DNA of 64,000 nt. Origin: an uncultured Pseudomonadota bacterium. GTDB taxonomy: Bacteria; Myxococcota_A; Polyangia; Fen-1088. Shown in pieces: positions 34,730 to 42,737 of this stretch. Position 1 is the first letter of the stretch, and each line of letters starts with the position of its first letter. The stretch lies in NCBI GenBank assembly GCA_963711305.1, contig CAVQDT010000006.1:717917-781916 (forward strand). Direction: 5' to 3'. Below the pieces are notes generated by a model. It worked only from the letters and a program-made list of their open reading frames with translations, did no database searches and was not told the DNA's origin. Position numbers and translations under genes: made by a program.

Positions 34730-36382
34730 CTAGAACCTCACCAGCGCGCCGAAGCCGGCGCTGCGCGGCCGATCACCGGGCGCGAGATAGGCCTGCGTCG
34801 TTCCCAGGTTGTTGCTGTAGATGGGTGCCCCCAGGTTGACGTCCTGCTGAGCCCGGTTCTGAATGCCGGTGAAGAAGACGTAGGCGCCGAAACGATCGGT
34901 GAACGCGTACTTCGCGCCCAGCGAGTATTGCGCCGACCGGTAGTCCGCGCCCGTGCCGTAGAACGCGTTGCTGAGATCCGAGAGGAACCCCGCCGACGCC
35001 ATCAGCGTGGCGCGGCCAATGGGCTGCGCGATCGACGCCATCGCGCCGGTCTGGCGCATCACCCCTTGATTGAAGGGTGCGTAGAAACCGCTGGTCGGGG
35101 GCACCAGCAAGAGAAACCCATAGTTGCTCCGCTCGACGCCGACGCCCACGTAGGTCCCGAACGGGCAGCGAAACGACGCGATGATCTCGTAGTAGTAGGT
35201 GGCGACGCCATTGAGCGCCTCGGTCCGCAGGCCGAAGCCCTGCTCGAGGTTGTCGACGTCGACGCCGGTGTTGGCCTGGCGATCGTACGCCGCGCCCAGC
35301 GAGAACCCGCCCACCCGGAACAGCGCCGCGAGCGAGAAGCGGTCGCGCCGCGCGGACGTGAGAGAGCGTCTGGTCAGTGGCGAATACGAAGCGGCGACCT
35401 GAATCGCTGAGCGTTCGTGGAAGAGAGGGAGCGCCGGGGACACGTAGTGAAGCGAGTTGTGATAGCGCTCCTCGCCGCGCCCGAAGATGCTCTTGCCGTT
35501 GCCGCTGAACTGGGCAGAGGTGTTGTTCCACAGGTCGAGACCGAGCACCGACAACCCGAGGTTGCCGCCCATGTCGCCGCCCGATCCCACCAGCCGCCGA
35601 TACGCCGAGTCGTTGTTGCCGGCGACCAGTCGGCCGAGGCGCCGGTTCTCGACGCCGACGAAGCTGTTGCGGGAGACGATGCTGGTGTGGGCGCCCTGAT
35701 CGGTCAGGCCGCCTTGCTCGAAACCGGCGAGCGCGCCCTCGAGCTGCCAGAGCGCGCTCGTGTCCCCTCCCACGGCGACCGCACCCGCGAATCCAATTCG
35801 TGACCCGCCGTCGACGACCCGAAATCGCGGGTCATAGGGAGTCGCGCCGCCTTTGGCCCAGGAACGTTCGAGCTGGACGTTGAGAAAGCCGTAGACGCGC
35901 GATTGCACGAGGCTGGTCAACGGAGGAATGCCCGACGGAATCGGCGACGGTGGCGGCGCAGCAAGCGCGAGCGGTGGTGGTGAAAGCGCGAGATCCGACG
36001 GACCACGCGCGCCGGCCGGAACGCCGGGAGGCGCGGGTGGCGGCGCGGGCGGGGTCGTAACGACGGGCGGCGCTGGCGGCGGCACAGCACCGGTGCCCGG
36101 GTCATCGGGCGCGGAGGGCGACGTTCCGGGCGTGGGGCCGACCTCAGGCGCAGGCGCCGCGGCAGGTGGCGGCGGCGCAGCGGGAAGGTCGGCTGGTCCC
36201 GCCGCCGGGGCCGGTGCATCGGGCCCGGCGGTTGCCCCCGTGGCGCGGCGATCGTCGTTTGGCGCCGCGTGCAGCAACGTCGAGCCGCCGACGGGGATCA
36301 GGATCGAAATCGCCGTCGTGAGAGCGGCGATCAGCGAAGGCTTCGTTTTCCCGTGTTTCAGGACCCGCTCATTCTGGTTCAT
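34730..36382 (-). CDS. Outer-membrane porin with a Pro-rich N-terminal region; intact
   Basis: Signal peptide, an (AP)n/PPPAPP-rich segment, then alternating amphipathic beta-strands ending in the C-terminal sequence GFGALVRF (terminal Phe). Confidence 0.6.
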   Translation of the reverse strand: MNQNERVLKHGKTKPSLIAALTTAISILIPVGGSTLLHAAPNDDRRATGATAGPDAPAPAAGPADLPAAPPPPAAAPAPEVGPTPGTSPSAPDDPGTGAVPPPAPPVVTTPPAPPPAPPGVPAGARGPSDLALSPPPLALAAPPPSPIPSGIPPLTSLVQSRVYGFLNVQLERSWAKGGATPYDPRFRVVDGGSRIGFAGAVAVGGDTSALWQLEGALAGFEQGGLTDQGAHTSIVSRNSFVGVENRRLGRLVAGNNDSAYRRLVGSGGDMGGNLGLSVLGLDLWNNTSAQFSGNGKSIFGRGEERYHNSLHYVSPALPLFHERSAIQVAASYSPLTRRSLTSARRDRFSLAALFRVGGFSLGAAYDRQANTGVDVDNLEQGFGLRTEALNGVATYYYEIIASFRCPFGTYVGVGVERSNYGFLLLVPPTSGFYAPFNQGVMRQTGAMASIAQPIGRATLMASAGFLSDLSNAFYGTGADYRSAQYSLGAKYAFTDRFGAYVFFTGIQNRAQQDVNLGAPIYSNNLGTTQAYLAPGDRPRSAGFGALVRF

Positions 36383-36601
36383 CGTTTCACCGTGGATACA
36401 ATGCCGGCGATCGGTTTCGGCCCATCTCTCTTCGTCTCACCCAACGGATAACGATCGAGACCTGCACGCTTCCTGGGCATCGGCGCAGATCGTAGAGTGT
36501 TCATAGCAGCCTTTGCCGGCTCGCCCGTGTGAGACTGCAGCGAAAGACCAGCACCGATCGTTGCCGGCACCGCTCAGGTCACGTAACGTCCTCCCGCCAA
36601 G

Positions 36602-37129
36602 ATGGGTCTTCTCGACGAGCCGGCGCTGGAGCGCGTGGTCGCGGCCGGCTGCTCGGCGTGCGGCGCGCACAAGCTCACTTTCCTGACGATCGTCGACGGC
36701 TCGCTGCCGCTGATGGGCGGAGAGCCGGTGGGCAAGCTCACCTGGGCCTACGACGGGGAGAAGTTCGTCGACGGCGTCTACCGCATCGAGTGCGGCGATT
36801 GCCACCACGTCATCTTCGACGCCGACGTTTGCCCGCGCTGTCACGCCCCGGGCGGTCTCGAGCGCGCTCTTCACGCCGCCAACCGCTGGCCGGTGCCGAC
36901 CGCCTGTCCGATGTGCGCCGAGGAAGAGGTGATCTACCGCGCGTTGCTTCCCGCGCGCGTCGTTTACGAGGATCGGCGCGCCGAGAAGGCACGCACCTCC
37001 ACCGAGCCGCACGACGAGGGATTCCACGGATACCGCGTCGATTGTCGTGACTGCGGCACGGTCTCGGAGCTCATCGACAGCTGTCCGCTGTGCAGCGCGC
37101 CCGGACCCCTGCGCGCGCGGCCTGGGTAG
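36602..37129 (+). CDS. Zinc-ribbon protein with five CxxC-type pairs, hypothetical
   Basis: CSACGAH, CGDCHH, CPRCHAPG, CPMCAEE, CRDCG and CPLCSAPG are all present. The ORF is intact at 175 aa. Confidence 0.45.
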   Translation: MGLLDEPALERVVAAGCSACGAHKLTFLTIVDGSLPLMGGEPVGKLTWAYDGEKFVDGVYRIECGDCHHVIFDADVCPRCHAPGGLERALHAANRWPVPTACPMCAEEEVIYRALLPARVVYEDRRAEKARTSTEPHDEGFHGYRVDCRDCGTVSELIDSCPLCSAPGPLRARPG

Positions 37130-37131
37130 CG

Positions 37132-37145
37132 GGCCGGGCCCGGCC
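37132..37145. terminator. Perfect 14-nt palindrome ggccgggcccggcc between two convergent genes, a possible bidirectional terminator hairpin
   Basis: The palindrome is seen directly in the sequence. It lies between the stop at 37127-37129 (+) and the stop at 37148-37150 (-), and is followed by a tcatttctc stretch. Confidence 0.3.
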
Positions 37146-37147
37146 GA

Positions 37148-38305
37148 TCATTTCTCGACGCGGTTGGCGGTCGTCATCGCCAGCAGCATCGCATCGGCCA
37201 GCTCGGGGAAGCGGGTGATCTTCGCGAGGCGGCGACTGCCGAGCATCGTGCGCCCGGCGGTGGCGCTGCGATGGAGCTCGCGGAAGAAGTCGCGGTCGCC
37301 GTTGGCGCGCGCAGCGCCGAGTGCCCAGCCGGTCGCTCCGACCGAGGCGCCGAACAGGATCGGGCCCGAGTTGGTGTCGCCGGCGCCGCCGGCGGCACCG
37401 AGATACTCGCGCACACCGCTGAAGCCGAGCGCGTCGATCCGTCCTCTCGTGCGCAGGGCTTCGTACAGCCGGCGCGACAGCGCTCCGTCGGCGAAGCTGA
37501 TGAAGTACGCCGCCAGCGCCGTGCCCGAGCCGCGCGGCGCATCGACCGGCGTGCACGTCCCGCTGCGCATGCGTTGAACGAGGTAGCCCGACGCCGAGAC
37601 GGCGCAGTGGCTGAAACGCGCGGCCCAGCTCGCGAGCAACTCGCGGCGGTCGGTCCCGGTCACGGCGGCGTGAAGCCCGATCGAGCCCGCGACCGCCGCC
37701 ACGTCGGGCGGCCAGGTCTCGCGCGGGTAGGTTTCGATCAATCCCGTCGGCGACCGAGCGAGGCGCTCGGCGAGCGCGGCGGTGAGGCGGTCGTGCAGCG
37801 CCGCGTACGGCGTCTCGGGATCGACCGACCTCAGCATCCCGAGCGCGAGGTTGATGTAGCCCAGATAGGCGTGCCCGTCTCCGGGCCGCATCTCCTCGAT
37901 CCCGTTCGTGCCCCACACGCGGGCCGCGTATCCCAGCGTGTGCGGATCGACCAACCGCGCCGCCGCCGCGCGCATCGCCGGCAGATACGCGTCGCGTGCC
38001 TCCGGATGCTCGCGGACGATCTGGCCGAGGCCGAGGATCGTCATCTGGTACAGCGCGACCGCCGCCTGTCCGTCCGAGCGCGCCAGAGCGGGTGCGCGCG
38101 TGGCCGGGCTGTGGGGCTCCATTGCCTGCGCGACCGCTCGCGCGGCGGATTGCTGCGCGGCGAGCTCGCCGTCGAACAGTCGATCGGCGCTCTGTCCGCA
38201 GATCTGGCGGGGCACCGCGAGCACGACGAGCGCGAGCGTCGCGCCCGCGAGCCCGAGCTGGATCGTCCGGCGGGCGCCGGGCACTCGTTGTTCCCCTGTC
38301 GTCAT
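37148..38305 (-). CDS. Membrane-anchored hypothetical protein (one N-terminal TM), intact; its ATG overlaps the uppS stop (ATGA)
   Basis: ATG at 38305 with ggagg 8 nt upstream. MTTGEQRVPGARRTIQLGLAGATLALVVLAV... continues for 385 aa with no recognisable family motif. Confidence 0.45.
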   Translation of the reverse strand: MTTGEQRVPGARRTIQLGLAGATLALVVLAVPRQICGQSADRLFDGELAAQQSAARAVAQAMEPHSPATRAPALARSDGQAAVALYQMTILGLGQIVREHPEARDAYLPAMRAAAARLVDPHTLGYAARVWGTNGIEEMRPGDGHAYLGYINLALGMLRSVDPETPYAALHDRLTAALAERLARSPTGLIETYPRETWPPDVAAVAGSIGLHAAVTGTDRRELLASWAARFSHCAVSASGYLVQRMRSGTCTPVDAPRGSGTALAAYFISFADGALSRRLYEALRTRGRIDALGFSGVREYLGAAGGAGDTNSGPILFGASVGATGWALGAARANGDRDFFRELHRSATAGRTMLGSRRLAKITRFPELADAMLLAMTTANRVEK

Positions 38306-39051
38306 CGCGAGCCTCCGCAAGCGCGCGACACCGCGCTCGACGCGAGCTGGGTGTCGGTCAGACCGAAACGGCGCTGGCGGCGCCCGAACGCGGCCAGCGC
38401 CGCTTCCAGCTCCGCGCGCCCGAAGTCGGGCCACAGGACGTCGGTGAAGTAGAGCTCGGCGTAGGCCGCCTCCCACAACAGGAAGTTCGAGAGCCGCTGC
38501 TCGCCCGACGTACGCACCACCAGGTCGAGCGGCGGCAGGCTGTGGGTGTCGAGCGCCGCGGCGAACATCGTCTCGTCGATCGCCTCCGGACGCAGGCCGC
38601 CGGCCGCACGCTGCGCGAGCGCGCGCGCCGCGCGCACGATCGCTTCGCGACCACCGTAGGACAGCGCCAGGCAGAGCCTGAGATCCTGATTGCCCGCGGT
38701 GAGCCACTTCGCCACCGCCAGCGCGTCGCGCGCTGCGCGCGGCAGGCGCGTATCGTCGCCGATGCTGTCGAGCGCGACGCCGCGCGCGAGGAGCTCCGGA
38801 ACCTCCTCGTGCAGGAACGTCGCCAGCAGCTCCATCAGGCGCTCGACCTCGTCGGCGGGGCGGCCCCAGTTCTGCTCGGAGAACGCGAACAACGTCAGCG
38901 CTGACAGGCCGAGCTCGCGCGCCGCGCGCACCGTGCGCCGGACCGCCTCGGCGCCGGCCCGGTGTCCCTGATCGCGGCCGAGACGGCGTTGCGCGGCCCA
39001 CCTTCCGTTGCCGTCCATGATGATGCCGACGTGGCGCGGAAGGGCGATCAC
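38302..39051 (-). CDS. uppS: Undecaprenyl-diphosphate synthase (cis-prenyltransferase)
   Basis: HVGIIMDGNGRWA, ALTLFAFSEQNWGRP, RTSGEQRLSNFLLWEAAYAELYF. Intact 249 aa with a GTG start overlapping the upstream stop (GTGA). Confidence 0.9.
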   Translation of the reverse strand: MIALPRHVGIIMDGNGRWAAQRRLGRDQGHRAGAEAVRRTVRAARELGLSALTLFAFSEQNWGRPADEVERLMELLATFLHEEVPELLARGVALDSIGDDTRLPRAARDALAVAKWLTAGNQDLRLCLALSYGGREAIVRAARALAQRAAGGLRPEAIDETMFAAALDTHSLPPLDLVVRTSGEQRLSNFLLWEAAYAELYFTDVLWPDFGRAELEAALAAFGRRQRRFGLTDTQLASSAVSRACGGSR

Positions 39052-39728
39052 GACGCCACCTCCAGCGCCGGGGTTCGTCGGGCGTCGCGGCTCGCAAGGT
39101 CTGCCCTCTCCCTAACCCTCCACCCGCAGACGGGGGGAGGGGACCGGAAAACTCCCGGCCGGAACCAGAAGGCCGACCGGAACCAGAAGGCTGGGCGGAA
39201 CCAGAACGTTTCCGGTCCCCTCCCCCCGTCTGCGGGGGGAGGGTTAGGGAGAGGGGTCCGCGATCCCCTGCCATCCCGCATCAGCGCGCCGAGCACGCGC
39301 GCCGCGTGCCCGACGGGAATCCCGAGCGCGCGCAGAGTGCGCCAGTGATCCGCCAGGGCCAGCGCCAGCAGCTTGGTGCGCGTGCCGGGCGCGCGCCGCG
39401 CCAGACGAAACACCCGCTCGCTCCAGCTCCCCGCCAGCAATTCGCCTCCTAGCGCGCACACGGCGGCGGCGAGGACGCGCGCGTGACGGCCCTCCTCCTT
39501 GACGAACAGGCCCAGCGCGACGCGGTAGTCGTCGTCGATCGACCGCCACCGGGCGCGCCAGATATCGCGCGCCATGCGCCCCTCACCGCTCGCGCCGAGC
39601 TGGAAGCGCGCCAGCGACCAGATCAGCACACACCGTCGCGCGGGCGCGAGCCCGGGTGGCTCGGTGATCGTGGGGAGCGGCCTCCGTTGATTGTGCTCGA
39701 AGTACCTGCGCCATCCGATCCAGCTCAT
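39048..39728 (-). CDS. Ferritin-like / DUF-type hypothetical protein; the annotated ORF reads in-frame through a 152-bp hairpin repeat element in its last ~80 codons
   Basis: Conserved-looking core: YFEHNQRRPLP...WRARWRSIDDDYRVALGLFVKEEGRHARVLAAAVCALGG. The tail ...LPNPPPADGGRGPETFWFRPAFWFRSAFWFRPGVFRSPPPVCGWRV is encoded entirely by the inverted-repeat element. Confidence 0.4.
   Translation of the reverse strand: MSWIGWRRYFEHNQRRPLPTITEPPGLAPARRCVLIWSLARFQLGASGEGRMARDIWRARWRSIDDDYRVALGLFVKEEGRHARVLAAAVCALGGELLAGSWSERVFRLARRAPGTRTKLLALALADHWRTLRALGIPVGHAARVLGALMRDGRGSRTPLPNPPPADGGRGPETFWFRPAFWFRSAFWFRPGVFRSPPPVCGWRVRERADLASRDARRTPALEVAS
39104..39255. repeat. 152-bp inverted-repeat (hairpin) element with three tandem ~17-bp direct repeats in its loop
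   Basis: Arm 1 (39104-39147) is ccctctccctaaccctccacccgcagacggggggaggggaccgg. Arm 2 (39212-39255) is ccggtcccctccccccgtctgcggggggagggttagggagaggg, which is the reverse complement of arm 1 with one mismatch. The loop contains ccggaaccagaaggc cgaccggaaccagaaggc tgggcggaaccagaacg. Confidence 0.85.
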
Positions 39729-39952
39729 GGGTCCTCCTTGGTCTCCGTCGAGGATCCCCGCCCGCGCGCGCGCCGCGGGCGCTACCGCGGCGAGCCGTCG
39801 CCCGGTGCGCGCCAGTGGTCGCTGGCGGGCGTGACCGGTCGACCGGCGCGCCGAGGCCGCTCGCGGGCCCGGATCGACGGTTCGCGGGGACGCACCGACC
39901 GTCCGCGCGCGTCGCGGGTTGGCGCCGCCCCCGCGCGCAGATAACGTTAGAG

Positions 39953-41040
39953 GTGTTGAGCCGCAGCCCCTTGCTCCCCGAGCCGGCGCCCGAACCGTCG
40001 ATCATCCGCAGCACGCTGCGCGCGCTGCTGCATCCGCGCCGCCTGGTCCCGGTGCTGCTGGTGTCGGCCGCGCTGGTGGCGGCCCAGGGCAACTACAGCC
40101 GCGACCCGCTGGCGATCCCGCTCGCGATCTTCATGTGCCTGTCGTTCGTGGTGGTCGCGCCGGTGTCCTGGCGCGTGCTCTTCCCCGAGCGGATCGATCT
40201 GCGCCACGGCGGCGTCCGCCTGATCCTCTACGGCGCGATCGGCGCCGGCGTCGTGCTCTCGATCGGCGTGGTGGCGCCGCGCGCGCTCGGCATGGGGCAC
40301 ACCTTCCTGACCGCGCCGTCGAGCGTGGTGGTGTCGCTGGCGCTGTTCCTGGTCGGCGGGCTGGGCCTGGGGCGCGACATCTGGCTCGAGAGCCGCTGGC
40401 TGCGCGCCGAGGCGCGCGCGCTGTCGCACGCCCGCGACGCCGAGCGGGCGCAGCTGCTGGCGCTGCGCAGCCACCTGGATCCGCACTTCCTCTTCAACAC
40501 GCTGAACGCCATCGCCGAGTGGTGCCGCGAGGACGGCGAGATCGCGGAGCGCGCGGTCATGCAGCTGTCGGCGATGTTGCGCACGGTGCTGGCCGGCGTG
40601 CGCGCCGCCAGCTGGCCGCTCGCCGACGAGATCGCGCTCTGCGAGACCCTGCTGTCGCTGCACCGCCTGCGCGATCCAAACCGCGTGCGCGTCGATTGGC
40701 GCTTGCCGGAGCCGCTCCCCCGCGTCGAGGTGCCGCCGATGCTGCTGCTGCCGCTGGTCGAGAACGCCGTCAAGCACGGGCCGGCCGCGGGTCACGACGG
40801 CGTGCTCTCCATCGCCGCCGAGGTCTCGCCCGACCGACGGCAGCTGCATATCTCGCTGCGCAACCCGGGGCGCTATCTCGGCCGGCGGGCCGGCGGCAGC
40901 GGGATCGAGATGGTCGAGCGGCGCCTGGCGCTGGCGTACGATGGGCACGCGGCGTTCCGGATCGCCGCCGACGGCGAAGCCACCCTGGCCGAGGTGACCC
41001 TGCCTCTCGACCACGCGCCCGCGGGAGACGCCGGCGTGAG
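39953..41040 (+). CDS. Sensor histidine kinase, LytS/AlgZ (His_kinase PF06580-type) family; start uncertain (GTG 39953 or TTG 39956)
   Basis: Four N-terminal TM helices. H-box SHLDPHFLFNTLNAIAEW, N-box LLPLVENAVKHG, G-box GGSGIEMVERRLALAYDG. There is no in-frame stop before the regulator. Confidence 0.7.
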
Positions 41041-41801
41041 CGACGGCACGGCCTTGCGCGTACTGGTCGCCGACGACGAGGCCATCGCGCGGCGGCGCCT
41101 GTTGCGCCTGCTTGACCGCCTTCCCCGACGTGGTGATCGCGGGCGAGTGCGCGGACGCGCACGAGGTGCTCGAGCGGGTGCGCGCGGGCGGCATCGACGT
41201 GGTGCTGCTCGACATCCAGATGCCGGAGCTGACCGGGATCGAGGCGCTGCAGCTGTTCCCGGCCGACGGGCCGGTGGTGATCTTCTGTACCGCACACACC
41301 GCGCACGCCATCGCGGCGTTCGACGTGGGCGCCATCGACTATCTCTTGAAACCGATCGAGGCCGCGCGGCTGCGGCTCGCGCTCGAGCGGGCGCGCGCGC
41401 ACGACGGCCGCCGCCGCTATCGCGAGGAGCTGGCGCGGTTGCAGAGCAGCGCGACCAGCGCCGCGCCGCTGCGACGGCTGGCGCTACCGACGCGGCAGGG
41501 GATCGTGCTCATCGATCCGGCCGAGGTCTCACACGCCGTGCTCGACGGCGAGCTGGTCTCGGTGCACGCTGGCGCGGACGTCTATCTGTCGGCGCTGTCG
41601 CTGCAGGAGCTCGAGGCCCGCGTGCCGGGCGCCGAGCTCGTGCGCGTGCACCGGCGGGCCCTGGTCAACCTCGGGCACGTCATGCGCCTCGAGCCCAACG
41701 AGGTCGGCGGGTTCATCTTGCGGATGCGCGCGGGCCAGGCCGTCGAGGTCTCGCGGCAGGCCGCGCGCGATCTACGCAAGCGCCTCGGCCTGCGCGGCTG
41801 A
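41037..41801 (+). CDS. LytTR-family response regulator (REC + LytTR DNA-binding); frameshift near 41105
   Basis: REC domain LRVLVADDEAIARRRLLRLL / ...DVVLLDIQMPELTGIEALQ...VIFCTAHTAHAIAAFDVGAIDYLLKP. LytTR domain LALPTRQGIVLIDPAEVSHAVLDGELVSVHAGADVYLSALSLQELEARVPGAELVRVHRRALVNLGHV. Confidence 0.75.
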
Positions 41802-41815
41802 ACAGACGCGGGCGC

Positions 41816-42298
41816 CTATTGGTTGATGGAGCCGGCGCGGAACCCGGACAGGCGTCCTGTCGAGCGCACCGCCGTGAGCGGTGGCGGCACCGACACCGGC
41901 GCGGGTGCCGACGACTGCGGCGGCGACGGGGCCGTGCCGCCGCACGCGACCGGCGCGTTTCCCTGCGCGAGCTGCGCGCAGTCGAACGTCGGCAGCGCCG
42001 CCGAGCAGTCGACGATGACCTGCTGCAACTCCGCCTGGGCCGCGGCGCTGGGCGCTCGCTGGCCGCACGTGCCGTCGTCCTCACAGCACCCCTGCATCAC
42101 CGCTGTCAGACACCCCGACCGGTCGGACGCCGGACCCAGACCGCACGCGATCTCGCGATCGCACACCGGCCCGGACAGCTGCGAGCAATAGGACCCTTTG
42201 CTCATGAGACCGTCGTCGCAACTGCCCGCCCCGCCGGCCGCCAAGATGATGAAACCCAGCGCCGCGCGACGCGCTCCCCGTCCAACCGTTCCTCGCAT
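41816..42298 (-). CDS. Small Cys-rich lipoprotein, hypothetical
   Basis: MRGTVGRGARRAALGFIILAAGGAGSC lipobox. The mature protein has about 14 Cys, including paired CC in QGCCEDDGTCGQ. Confidence 0.4.
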   Translation of the reverse strand: MRGTVGRGARRAALGFIILAAGGAGSCDDGLMSKGSYCSQLSGPVCDREIACGLGPASDRSGCLTAVMQGCCEDDGTCGQRAPSAAAQAELQQVIVDCSAALPTFDCAQLAQGNAPVACGGTAPSPPQSSAPAPVSVPPPLTAVRSTGRLSGFRAGSINQ

Positions 42299-42737
42299 TT
42301 GGTGAGGAACGTCGCAAAGAAGCTCAGCCGGCACAAGCTCCAACTCGAGGTATCCGAAGAGAGCTGGGCTAACCCCGGGTCCGTCCTGCTGGCTGTTGGA
42401 ACGCTATGCAGACGGCGGATACCGGTTTCCCGAAACATCGTCTTTCCGAACCCTTCTGGCCGCGATCGTGGTCTACAGTCACACTACGCGTGCGGCGTCG
42501 ATCTTCTAGGGCGGCTTGAGTGAGGCTACGTAGGTCCATGTGCAGATTTTTGAGCCAATCGATCGACGTTCGGCCACATTGAGCCTCGGGCGAGCCACGC
42601 AAGAGCGCTGTCCCAAAGCGTGATCTCGCGCGGCCCGTCAGACCCGTTCGTCCATTCCTCGCTCGGCCAATGTCGTCAATCGTCCAGCTCCCTGGTTGAA
42701 CTTCGAGCGACCCATGCAACTGGAGATGTCGCAAATG

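Noticed and set aside
39148-39211. Three tandem 17-bp direct repeats, considered as a possible mini CRISPR array
   Set aside because: There are only three units and no unique spacers between them. They sit inside the loop of a long inverted repeat, and no cas genes are anywhere in the window. They are part of the hairpin element, not a CRISPR.
39953-41801. A genuine hybrid LytS-LytTR fusion protein
   Set aside because: A frameshift sits within about 70 nt of the junction, and frameshift artefacts are frequent elsewhere. A lost stop and start is the more economical explanation, so it is reported as two genes with the ambiguity flagged.
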